From Candidatus Micrarchaeota archaeon (GTDB lineage Archaea; Micrarchaeota; Micrarchaeia; Norongarragalinales; SBBD01): DNA of 64,000 nucleotides. Position 1 is the first letter of the stretch. Each line of letters starts with the position of its first letter. Made by a program: the position numbers and the translations under genes. Positions 57,201 through 64,000 of this stretch are shown here, piece after piece. The stretch is taken from the NCBI GenBank assembly GCA_018819225.1, contig JAHJQN010000004.1, positions 194,813-258,812 of the forward strand, given 5' to 3'. The notes below the pieces were generated by a model. The model made no database searches. It worked only from the letters and a program-made list of their open reading frames with translations, and had not been told where the DNA came from.

Positions 57201-60200
57201 TATTGGGAGGCAATTGCAAGACGATTTGCATGGGAAGCGATATGCGCACGCCTCCACTCACGCTTTTCACTTCGGGTTCGACGGCTTGGCAAGTGTGATC
57301 AATGGCGGCCTCGCTTTCTCCGCATTCGAGGAACTCGCACACTCCCGAAGAACAGATTTCATCATTGGAACATTCATCATCGGCAACACAGCCGGGTTCA
57401 GGGGTCGGAGTGAACGTGACTCCTGCCGGATAGATTTCCACGCGAGTGGAAAGGCAAGCGAGATTGCCGGCTTGTGCGCGAACCTCGTAACGACCCTTCG
57501 AACTGTAGTAACAGGAGGCCGTGCAGCTACCCGTGGTTCCCGTGCAACTCACGGCATTGGATGTGCGGCCGTTACCGCAATTTACGACAACGACGTTTGG
57601 GGCGCGATTCAAGTCATAATAGTCAACAGTAATGGTACTCGTCCCTTCTTCCTCAATGCGGTTCGGATCCGCATTTAATGCACAAGTGGGTACTAACGGA
57701 GTGGGAACCGGAGTCGGCGTCACGAATTCCGTTGGTTCGGGAGTTGACGTCGGATCCTCATCGCCCGCATGCACGTCCCTGCAATTTTCGGATGAAGACG
57801 CGGTATACGTAAGTCCGACGCGCTTGCGGGACGTGATTCCGAGCGTGCTCGCGTAAAGCGTTAATGTACCGTCGCGTTCATCGTCCTCTAGATCGCACGG
57901 ATCCACGGGATACGCGCGCGCCACCACCTTAAATTCCGCTGAATCCCCTGCGGCAATGGTTTGCGAAAGCGGTTCCATGTATACGTTGGAGAGCGTGCTC
58001 TGGTAATTGATGAGAATGGGATAATCGGCGTCGTTGGTAACGACCATGGTTTGCGTGTCACGGGGTTCGCGAGGCGGTTTCAAGGTAAACTGCAGGGAAT
58101 CAGCTGAAGCAGACCACAACGCCTCCAAGTCCTGTTGGGTAAACGAAGAGGCGATCGTGAACGGAACGGATTCCTCTTGGTCGTAGCTGCCCAAGCGAGC
58201 TCGTACGAGGAGGCGGCCGGAAACGGTTTCGGATAGAGTGTTCGCACGAGCTGCAACGGGCAAAATAGTATCGAGAATGCGGGCTCGCAAATTGATGGAT
58301 TGGGTATCGCGCGCTTTCAAACGGAAGGAGGAAAGGTCGACGGATACGTCCGTATACTGGGGGTTGCGTCCAAACTGCATTTGAACGGAAACGCGTACTT
58401 CATTATCCAATAGGTTAGTGACGCTGAAACCTTGTTCTTGATTGTCGGTCGAATCAACGGTTAATGACAAGGTTTCCCCTTCCACGGAAATGAGTTCATC
58501 GCCAGTGACGCGCAGGAAACCGCGTTTGACCTTAAAGCCTTCGGCCTCGACCTGGTAGGTGACGGTCCCGATCGCGACGGGGTGAATGCCTTCCACGCGG
58601 TACTGGGCACTGCCATCCCGACCCTCGGAAAAAACGCCTTCAATGATGGCGCCGCGGAGGGCATCATTCCCGTTTCCAACGGATACGTAGGCATGAGAAA
58701 CCGGCAGCCCCAATGAATCTTCGACGGCAAACGTCACCATGTTGTCTTGAAGTGCTTGCAATGAAGACGGACGATTCGTCACTTTGAGATCGGGTTTGGT
58801 GCCGACCACGCGGACGTACAGCGAACGAGTGATCACGGTTTCCGCGTTGCGTACTTGAAGCTGCAATGCCACGTCATTCGAGAGACGCTGGGCTTGAATC
58901 AAGAACTGGCCTTCCGCATTGTCTTCAGAAGTCGTAATAGTGATCAGTTCCTGATCGCCTGCGGAACGCGCCACCGCGCGACTTCCACCGGATGAACCTT
59001 CCGTTAACGTGATCGATTCGTCGAGAGCAGATGAAGAAAGCTCGACCACGGTTCCTCTTGGAGCCGCTACGTGGAATTGAAGCGAAAAGGTTTCGCGAAT
59101 TTCCGCCTCATAATTATCCAAAGCGCGCCCATTTTGTCCTTCGAAGAAGTAATCCAAACAAAGATCGTCTTCACATAATCCACCAAATGAAATGGGTGCG
59201 GTAATCGTTTTCATGTTCGCGAGAATGGAAGATGTCGAAGCGGTTTCGTCGAGGGGATCGCGAAGGGTTTCGCGCGCGGTGTCGAAAGCCGAACGGTATT
59301 GCAACATAGCCGTTCCATCGGAAACCGCTTTGGTTCGCACAAACACCGCGATTTCCTTCGTGCCTTCAAACGGTTGGAACGTGAAATGAACGTATTTATA
59401 CGCGGGCTGGAATTCCGGATCCGCGAACTCCAATTCCTCCGCAGGCGTCGGGGAAGGCGTTTCCGTAGGGACATCCGTAACGATAACGGGGGACAAATCG
59501 TATAACGTTCCTTTTGTGACGAAAGCCGTGCCGGCTTCGTAACCAACGATTTCAACGAGCTCGTTATCCAGCGAAGAATCCGCTGAACCGACGCGCACGT
59601 GAACTTCAGCCCTTGAAACGTCGACATTGGGGCGAGTCAACAAGAATTTGGCTTTGTAAACCGTTGAAGGCGATAACGAAGAGGCTTTGTTGCTCTTCAA
59701 ATCATACAATCCCTGGAAAACGATTTGCGATCCTCGGGCGCCGGAAGGCAGCAGTTCAAACGAATCCCGATTCGTGATCCCGGGAATGACTTCAAATTCA
59801 GACGATAGCAAGGTTTCATACCCTTCCAGGGAAACGCGAGCAACATAAAACCCTTCCAAGATATCCACCGCGCATTTACCGCGTTCCGTGACGCACGAAT
59901 CCTCTTTAATAAACGTTCCGCCGGAAAACGATAATTCAACGAGGGCACCATCCAGAGATTGATTCGTAAAGTAATCATAAACGGAGACGACGAGCTTGGC
60001 TTTTCCGGGCTGCAAGATCACTTCAATCAAGTTGACTTCAGGTTCTTCCCCGGTTCCGTCAATCGAAATCAATTCCGGATTACTTTTTCCTTCCCGGCCC
60101 GCGAAACTGGCTTTGACAAAAATGCGTTCCAACGGAACATCGGGAAAATCAGCGGATCCATCGGCGGACGTGAACTTTTCGGAGATGCCCATGGGTTTCC

Positions 60201-61563
60201 CGTTCTCCCAGAATAATCCAACCGAAGCCTCGGGAATCGATTCCAGGGATTGGTCAATCACATTCACTTCCACTAACGCCGAATTTTCGTCGTTCGCCTT
60301 AACTAAAACCATTTCGTAACGTTCTCCGCGACGCGCCTCTTCAACGAACGCCGGAAGGAAACCGAACTTGTAAGCCGTAACATAATAGGTTCCGGGGTCC
60401 ACGTTCTCGAATGCGGCCGAGCCATTGCTCGGAATCTGTTCCTCAATGCGAGCCCCCTTGCTGTCATAAAGCCGCACAATCGGGTTCAACACATGGGTGC
60501 CGCCTTCATCGTTCACTTGAACCATGATGGACCGCTGAGCCGACTCGGGAATCGCGTGCAATGAGAGTTCAATAACCGTATCCTTTTCCACGAACACGGG
60601 AATGGAGGATAAGGACTCAAAACCGGCCGCTCGCGCGGATACGATGATGCGGGTGCCCAACAGAACGTCTTGAACCGGAATCCGGCCGTTTTCTCCGGTG
60701 AGGAGATTCGTATACAAGGCCTTTCCAGAAATGGCATCTGCAATGTCTACGCTGGCATTCGCAATGCTTTCATCGTTCGCGTCATCCGATACCAGGACGC
60801 GGACTTTTCCCAAAACGTCTCGATCCTTCGGAAGCAAAACAAAGGGCGTGAAGACCTCGTCACGCGTCCCAACCGAAATTTCACGGGAATCGTCAACGTA
60901 CCCTTCAGCGGAAACAATGATTTTATACGTGTTTTCGGGCTCGACTTCAAACGTCACCGATGAACCGGATTTTGAATCCTGAACGGGCACCAGCGTATCG
61001 GAATCCACGATCCAGAAAACCGCCGAAGGCGGGCCTTGAACCGACAAACTGATGCTCACGGTTTGTTTAACGACTTCTTCCACTAAACGTAAAGAAACAA
61101 TGTTATCGGAAGCGTCTTTCTCGATGGTCACGGTCTTACCCGCCGTAGAAAACTCGAGCGTTTCCTCATCCGAATTCAATGCCGAAATGCGGAACGTGAC
61201 CCCGATCGGCACATTCGAAAAAAAGGCGACGCCCTCGGAATCCGTGATGCCCTCCAATCGTTCGTGAATGCCTTCCGTGTCCACCAAATAAACGGCGGCA
61301 TTGATGACGGGAAATCCGTCGGCCGTCTGAATTTCGATGGCGACGTCCGATTGCTGAGGCCCTAACAGCGCGGTCCCCCCCAGTAAAAAGAATCCGGCGC
61401 CGCCGATCAGAAGCAGCAATATTAAAACAAACGCGGGTAGCGACGGAATGCCTTTTTCTTCAAGGGTTTCGGCAACGCTCTTGAACGGCAGTCCTTTTTC
61501 CTCGCTCCAATCCAAGAAATTGGCCCAACCATCCTGGATTTTTTCAAATAAGTCTTCTAGCAT
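51202..61563 (-). CDS. giant (3453 aa) signal-anchored multidomain surface protein: CarboxypepD_reg/Ig-like repeat array, Cys-rich modules, Pro-rich linker, ~950-aa C-terminal module with glycine-zipper hydrophobic segment
   Basis: Single uninterrupted frame of 10.4 kb; N-terminal cytoplasmic acidic 40 aa then TM (LPAFVLILLLLIGGAGFFLLGGTALLG); >=6 repeats of the DG.P...A.V.L.D..G....TD..G.A.F..V..G.Y pattern; PT-rich linkers; DPPAMPPSLTPASGVPPGTPAPAVPAHSAPSVPPASAPTTP linker; GALLLAGAPGALVAIVGSIFAAPVFAP GxxxG-rich segment. Confidence 0.8.
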   Translation of the reverse strand: MLEDLFEKIQDGWANFLDWSEEKGLPFKSVAETLEEKGIPSLPAFVLILLLLIGGAGFFLLGGTALLGPQQSDVAIEIQTADGFPVINAAVYLVDTEGIHERLEGITDSEGVAFFSNVPIGVTFRISALNSDEETLEFSTAGKTVTIEKDASDNIVSLRLVEEVVKQTVSISLSVQGPPSAVFWIVDSDTLVPVQDSKSGSSVTFEVEPENTYKIIVSAEGYVDDSREISVGTRDEVFTPFVLLPKDRDVLGKVRVLVSDDANDESIANASVDIADAISGKALYTNLLTGENGRIPVQDVLLGTRIIVSARAAGFESLSSIPVFVEKDTVIELSLHAIPESAQRSIMVQVNDEGGTHVLNPIVRLYDSKGARIEEQIPSNGSAAFENVDPGTYYVTAYKFGFLPAFVEEARRGERYEMVLVKANDENSALVEVNVIDQSLESIPEASVGLFWENGKPMGISEKFTSADGSADFPDVPLERIFVKASFAGREGKSNPELISIDGTGEEPEVNLIEVILQPGKAKLVVSVYDYFTNQSLDGALVELSFSGGTFIKEDSCVTERGKCAVDILEGFYVARVSLEGYETLLSSEFEVIPGITNRDSFELLPSGARGSQIVFQGLYDLKSNKASSLSPSTVYKAKFLLTRPNVDVSRAEVHVRVGSADSSLDNELVEIVGYEAGTAFVTKGTLYDLSPVIVTDVPTETPSPTPAEELEFADPEFQPAYKYVHFTFQPFEGTKEIAVFVRTKAVSDGTAMLQYRSAFDTARETLRDPLDETASTSSILANMKTITAPISFGGLCEDDLCLDYFFEGQNGRALDNYEAEIRETFSLQFHVAAPRGTVVELSSSALDESITLTEGSSGGSRAVARSAGDQELITITTSEDNAEGQFLIQAQRLSNDVALQLQVRNAETVITRSLYVRVVGTKPDLKVTNRPSSLQALQDNMVTFAVEDSLGLPVSHAYVSVGNGNDALRGAIIEGVFSEGRDGSAQYRVEGIHPVAIGTVTYQVEAEGFKVKRGFLRVTGDELISVEGETLSLTVDSTDNQEQGFSVTNLLDNEVRVSVQMQFGRNPQYTDVSVDLSSFRLKARDTQSINLRARILDTILPVAARANTLSETVSGRLLVRARLGSYDQEESVPFTIASSFTQQDLEALWSASADSLQFTLKPPREPRDTQTMVVTNDADYPILINYQSTLSNVYMEPLSQTIAAGDSAEFKVVARAYPVDPCDLEDDERDGTLTLYASTLGITSRKRVGLTYTASSSENCRDVHAGDEDPTSTPEPTEFVTPTPVPTPLVPTCALNADPNRIEEEGTSTITVDYYDLNRAPNVVVVNCGNGRTSNAVSCTGTTGSCTASCYYSSKGRYEVRAQAGNLACLSTRVEIYPAGVTFTPTPEPGCVADDECSNDEICSSGVCEFLECGESEAAIDHTCQAVEPEVKSVSGGVRISLPMQIVLQLPPNTLTHTNPDGSTFIELPSGDTMLFDADVRVGDLNDLQQSSPYSSTFTFSIEQGGGSLVAVIPSGAFFEVPARYARRIPVQGYNTYRSYLSPYQRNFMQYGWELRLPVVVYLDFPTETEFAREGAFETASINDFDIKYPTSSTQYRPYSGEERRVRVNAHQPIQISLTPIISSQDALEVEFPVEATFIIEEFIRVKKDSFSGGKALQFQSGNTISLPSDAIISMDARDFKRVTIPAGSALRIPSPFALRTYNGEIVLSLPFRVLFLVRDGPEVSLNIAPDGVRAKSISTDYLEMSFLNGVARAGLKAPDGSRTVEVMPLTQIIFGRPDFGMTGNEKRLPVGFDMTLPFNVNARYSVKDDRHLLEFPSNQRMLVKGASIEDEEFGERRDLKVPPSVSIVFDYSMLQEEEQRFGEDRFTVTFPQDVVLHFPVNARVVKNAVTTYSYNVELPFRPVLQAAEPYKDLFVERNVPITFVMIDEDLAGLQGVDFVFHHFPNDVDVNVPQETFDKFLEEPFEKNGDIMQSYRLSICTELAMEDNAENDLFEFNGMRLMADDVEKADETEDAVTFSIPVDTRFVTRICQDTDKKYKFHATFTDDVVYLLPEDAPEVSTEIHSMTKRVDLQGCREIQINVRGETSYQLPQVKEIWFSDMNPFPKEKDEPQQISVPADSKTTLILCERPSRNPDGFAMITDNFVPIRIKPKEQTFEFTDSNVEGIVEKGFCVLNDAPSEVSVYMDISGDEDEKSWTAESRNALSGESISSELEGVIRKIRKPSAWDEGAHMILAGKAQQDKNEDAACQVQQFLFSVQVPQQYTDDDGCLLPQEKLDELGPLEGDVKIFYDYRGSGAQFVPAKLILTFEKTGSCVGSLRAQLRDALGGFYVNYDRSQQNVKTTAPQKLVFKDLGHKRWISMANNLDESVTLNYQTYSANGTGFLRCDIPTSLRAGEGYISECESLRPWSGYMEIKFKGSINGKTDSKFVNVESYEIDPANPAMKNLFSGTPLGDLILRDPPAMPPSLTPASGVPPGTPAPAVPAHSAPSVPPASAPTTPVSVVPSGIIRVADAVIPCSTNFCTADEAKAAFKGFGAQVAQLITTFYTQEDEKFNEELNKFCNPSDPVVRAFNRDYRKSVVVQMANTKINLNDLQTAFQEGLGEFGFVGGKKSIKYTATGTADQCGIYIATARLGLCELRPNKEEWLKSSFIEMHVDSSLPSPTRFLACEEKLYNTNLLTADTPEVIIGREPNPHIIWTNKKREGDTGFFEKFRIFSIGPYREAPSADDERHADLLLNTLYGYNDYPLSQAVPFEDTGACIENGGKATGALLLAGAPGALVAIVGSIFAAPVFAPRLAQGVYSLVTGITGCTASIAVDSLAPSRVGICEGINACISFQTFALTDFYLNLVLPTGAVPGVNSITGASGLLSSTFASQVARRGGNELIGNLAVTGALSAILGGSNTVLDSEFAPGITPATVPIVAGASKVFRPFGSRAFMTDYFMHQGMSLEFADALVTRYTQTAGGTISSSTISRALVNLIHTPGETALVPRSSVNDFTQLLSGADGRARMNAWVDLTAPGTRTTLYNELTDVSRTIAPTQDQFNTKIRSLFTALDRDPNIREKVVDELINNRLPPNYNLYGKSETLSAFLRSDARPSAVSDELWKLYSQTAGPIDLDFRRILTPDELANVLRNYDEVAVNEIKGGSGRFVRTSLNGKLRNALGGALTNTEERAIIEHVRDRATKARTLTKFDDAVEQASKTLADDFDAVRSRSGRFRSVGNAVKESSFTKKSFRGISLIGSLVAPLLFYTEVRPVRAELDYRFGNHLVVYHNEEGQAASMKEYCFRNEKDLNECANRVDTEELCPDSEHACLYLTEGTVLAGIPQYNLVTSFNKGVSPDYFITSMFDPNVPVASSFVPDPSLVHSYSDPLDFRSPVFTTVTGATVTNAVTLVPASPKEAVEALLKRFREWCINDGCPQAVEDAIPVAQKQFDDTKYPEALNTLRQSAGVPIEP

Positions 61564-61595
61564 GGGGCTATCGTAGAAAATACTATTAACTCAGC

Positions 61596-61603
61596 TATTT
61601 AAA
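61596..61603 (-). promoter_or_regulatory. TATA-box-like element upstream of giant gene
   Basis: TTTAAATA on minus strand ~35 nt upstream of the ATG at 61563. Confidence 0.3.
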
Positions 61604-61639
61604 GGCTTACGAAAGCCGAAAAAAGCAACGGAATAATGG

Positions 61640-61978
61640 TTAAGAAAACCGGCGAGGCAACGCGTAAATGGAACCGCATTTCTTGCATACCTTCTCCTTG
61701 TGCTTCCAATTTAATTCAAACGAAGTCGATCCACATTCATTGCACGCCTTCACATCCGTTTTGTGAAAGTCTTTCCAGCCCGCCTTCCCCTCACGAGCCA
61801 CAAACGATTGATGCGAATAAGCCACGCGTTCTTTGTGGAGAGGCGACGGATGATCGGGTCGACCGCGTTTTTCGATCGCACGACGAACTTTCCGAGAACT
61901 GCAGCGCGGGCAATTCATCGGATCTTCTGCATCAAACTCCAACTTGCAATTTTCGCACGAGTACTTATCGGATTTCAT
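61640..61978 (-). CDS. double Zn-ribbon protein
   Basis: CENC...CPRC and CNEC...CKKC pairs. Confidence 0.5.
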   Translation of the reverse strand: MKSDKYSCENCKLEFDAEDPMNCPRCSSRKVRRAIEKRGRPDHPSPLHKERVAYSHQSFVAREGKAGWKDFHKTDVKACNECGSTSFELNWKHKEKVCKKCGSIYALPRRFS

Positions 61979-61984
61979 GGGGCA

Positions 61985-62263
61985 TCACGTCGAAAACGCC
62001 TTGGTAGACGTTTTAAATTCAAGATATGCCTTCGCGAGATCGGGGTCTCGGGCCTTTAACAAATCGCCGACTTCTTCTTTCACGCATAACGTACTGATGA
62101 CGCCGCCGTGCGTACGATCCTTTAATTTGGGAATCAGCTGCTCAAGGAGTTCCCGCGCGGTCGATTCCGAACCCCCGGCGTTCAAAATACTTTTCATCAC
62201 CTTGTCCGGTGAAAACGGTTCGACGCTGCCGTCAAATTTTCGAACGTTTTGAATCTCTTCCAC
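61985..62263 (-). CDS. stand-alone ATP-cone domain protein
   Basis: VRKFDGSVEPFSPDKVMKSILNAG matches ATP-cone N-terminal pattern (V.KRDG..E.F...KI...I..AG). Confidence 0.6.
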   Translation of the reverse strand: MEEIQNVRKFDGSVEPFSPDKVMKSILNAGGSESTARELLEQLIPKLKDRTHGGVISTLCVKEEVGDLLKARDPDLAKAYLEFKTSTKAFST

Positions 62264-63260
62264 GCGGAATTTCCCTCAAAATATAGCGTACAAAGCGCGC
62301 CATTCCCTCATGCAAAAGAATACGGGGACGGAATCCCAGCACCCGTTTCGCCTTGGAAATGTCGTACCGACGATCTTCAGTAAGCGTATGCAAATACGCA
62401 TTATAAAATCTTTGCTTGCGTCCAAGCAACCGGTCGCGAAAACGGAATCCCGCGAACAGGATGAAGGCGGCCGACCGCGAAATATGTTTCGTGGGAGGCG
62501 ATGCACCGAAAGCCGTCGCCAATTCCGAAAACAATTGTTTCTGGGTGTGCGTTTCGCCGGAAGTAATGATGAAATCCTCCCGGCCTTTTTTCAACATCAA
62601 CGCGCGGCGTATCGCTTGCACCACATCGTCCACGAAAATCAAGGGAATCGCATTCTCACCGGATCCGATCGTGCGCAATTGTCCTTTACGCAGCATGCGC
62701 ACCATGAATTCAAATCCGGATGTGAATCCTTCGCCGTAGATAATGGGCGGGCGTAAAATCACGTAGTCCAAATGACTTTCCTTCAACGCGGTTTCGGATG
62801 CCCGCTTGCTTCGACCGTACGGGCTAACGGGTTGGAACGGCGTGCGTTCATCGATGCGTTTTCCGCGAGGAGACTTAATGCCTCGGTAGACCGAGGTGGA
62901 TGAAAGAAATACGAATCGCCTCACGCCCTTCAATTCAGCCGCCCGAATCAATTGAAGCGTCCCTTTGTAATTAACCGTCCAATGGCGGGTCTCCGGAGCC
63001 CCGTAATCGATGAGAGCCGCCAAGTGAATCAGGCGATCCACGTGTTGGCAGGCTTCCGTCAACCCAATAAAGTCCGAAGAAGACAGGTCGTGGGAAACGA
63101 CTTGAACGCGATTTCCGAACAAGCGCTTCGCTTTAATGGGATCACGGACCAGAACGCGAATCCTTTTGCGAAAATTTTTTTGCGCTAATAAGTCGTTGAC
63201 GATCGCGGTTCCTAAACGACCCGTCGCTCCGGTCACCAGAATCCAGCCGTTCCGAGTCAT
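62232..63260 (-). CDS. NAD-dependent epimerase/dehydratase family protein
   Basis: Rossmann GxxGxxG ILVTGATGRLGTAIVNDLL, extended SDR YxxxK region. Confidence 0.8.
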   Translation of the reverse strand: MTRNGWILVTGATGRLGTAIVNDLLAQKNFRKRIRVLVRDPIKAKRLFGNRVQVVSHDLSSSDFIGLTEACQHVDRLIHLAALIDYGAPETRHWTVNYKGTLQLIRAAELKGVRRFVFLSSTSVYRGIKSPRGKRIDERTPFQPVSPYGRSKRASETALKESHLDYVILRPPIIYGEGFTSGFEFMVRMLRKGQLRTIGSGENAIPLIFVDDVVQAIRRALMLKKGREDFIITSGETHTQKQLFSELATAFGASPPTKHISRSAAFILFAGFRFRDRLLGRKQRFYNAYLHTLTEDRRYDISKAKRVLGFRPRILLHEGMARFVRYILREIPRGRDSKRSKI

Positions 63261-63304
63261 GAACTACAACAGAAATCTCCGATATATAAACCTCAAGGAG
63301 AGCG

Positions 63305-64000
63305 CTAATCGTGCAGCGCGTTCAACGATACCAACGAGAAAGGCGAGCGAACCACGCGCATCGAACGAGCCAGTTGAAGCGCCAAATACGCGCTCGTGAG
63401 CACGGGCAGGCCTCGTTGAACCGCTTCCCTGCGCAATGCAGAATCAGATCGAGCGTTGGAGCGGCTGCGAATCCCGTCAATGATGAACGAGATCTCTCCG
63501 TTCCTCAGATGAGTAAGCGCTTCTTCGGGGGACCACGCCGGTAAAACGCGAATGCCCGCTTCCCTGAACGCATTGACCAACGCCTTGCGCCACTTTCCGC
63601 ATGATCCGATGTAAACGGTTGGACCGAAGGAATGCCCTGCGGCGCTCATGGCCTTCAAGAATGCTTCTTCAAAAGTCGGCGCGACGCCCATGACTTCTCC
63701 CGTGCTCTTCATTTCAGGCGACAACACGGGATCGACATCCGCAAATTTTCGAAACGGAAACACGGGGGCTTTCACCGCATAGTATCCTTTCGGGGGAATC
63801 AGTTCGCGATCGAAATCCTTGAAGTATTCCGTCAGCTTCCCGCCCACTTGAATGGATGCCGCAATTTTCGCTAATGGAATGCCGGTCGCCTTACTCAAAA
63901 AAGGAATCGTGCGGGAAGCCCGCGGATTCACTTCCAAAACGTATACCGCATCGCCTTTCACGGCCATTTGAATGTTGACGAGTCCAAGAATATGAAACGA
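63305..64000 (-). CDS. carB: carbamoyl-phosphate synthase large subunit, C-terminal part (gene continues beyond window end)
   Basis: YVLEVNPRASRTIPFLSKATGIPLAKIAA (ATP-grasp end) followed by MGS-like domain (VYIGSCGK...IRVLP). Confidence 0.8.
   Translation of the reverse strand, partial: SFHILGLVNIQMAVKGDAVYVLEVNPRASRTIPFLSKATGIPLAKIAASIQVGGKLTEYFKDFDRELIPPKGYYAVKAPVFPFRKFADVDPVLSPEMKSTGEVMGVAPTFEEAFLKAMSAAGHSFGPTVYIGSCGKWRKALVNAFREAGIRVLPAWSPEEALTHLRNGEISFIIDGIRSRSNARSDSALRREAVQRGLPVLTSAYLALQLARSMRVVRSPFSLVSLNALHD

Noticed and set aside
51589-61267. Many 60-250-aa plus-strand ORFs inside the giant gene (e.g. 54439-55185, 55438-55998, 57049-57678)
   Set aside because: All antisense to a single uninterrupted 10.4 kb frame with coherent domain organisation; their translations are compositionally biased. 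The Gly-rich ORF at 53966-54370 simply mirrors the Pro-rich linker.
1-64000. CRISPR arrays, rRNA genes, integrase/transposase genes
   Set aside because: No regularly spaced direct repeats, no rRNA-like conserved stretches, and no tyrosine/serine recombinase or DDE transposase motifs were seen in any frame.

Overview
The window is a 64 kb archaeal chromosomal segment, mostly about 50-55% GC. The gene content is archaeal: ribosomal proteins S4e, L32e, L19e, L34e and L14e, A/V-type ATP synthase subunits A/B/D, aIF2-gamma, EF-1alpha, Cbf5, RNase P Rpp29, SecY with a DUF106 (Oxa1-like) protein, and tRNAs with splicing-endonuclease-type introns. I call about 75 features.

The core of the window is a ribosomal-protein (spc-like) operon running Rpp29-S17-L14-L24-S4e-L5-S14-S8-L6-L32e-L19e-L18-S5-L30. 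It is interrupted after L30 by a roughly 17 kb block encoding Fe-S assembly and redox proteins (trxB, yggS, HIT, HxlR regulator, sufCBDSU, bcp, aminotransferase, pepA and others). The operon resumes with L15-SecY-DUF106-L34e-cmk-L14e-Cbf5-aIF2gamma.

Four things stand out.

1. The first 4 kb is a low-GC island. It encodes an unusual 2H-phosphoesterase (LigT-like) plus calcineurin-like metallophosphoesterase fusion, an HNH endonuclease, and a CBS-pair/TM/CAP(SCP) domain protein.

2. Several gene termini are shadowed by partial copies of themselves a short distance away. This affects three tRNAs and the S10 gene. Each partial copy is separated from its gene by a short structured insert. One insert type is a palindromic T-rich hairpin motif present in 4 copies. 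The other is a GC-rich hairpin element present in 2 copies, whose two copies differ by compensatory base changes. The S10 duplicate keeps the same amino acids but differs at synonymous positions. Together these look like att-site-like footprints of small integrating elements.

3. A 10.4 kb gene encodes a 3453-aa protein. It has an N-terminal signal anchor, an array of CarboxypepD_reg/Ig-like domains, cysteine-rich modules, a proline-rich linker, and a ~950-aa C-terminal module containing a glycine-zipper-like hydrophobic segment. It sits in a tight co-directional gene set with five downstream genes: two helical unknowns, an acylphosphatase and two membrane proteins. This is the best candidate in the window for an undescribed cell-surface or delivery system.

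4. Several tRNAs have unusual insertions: a 20-nt insert between acceptor and D stem in tRNA-Arg(CCU), and a T-loop insert in a tRNA-like gene after aIF2gamma.

No CRISPR array, integrase or rRNA was found.
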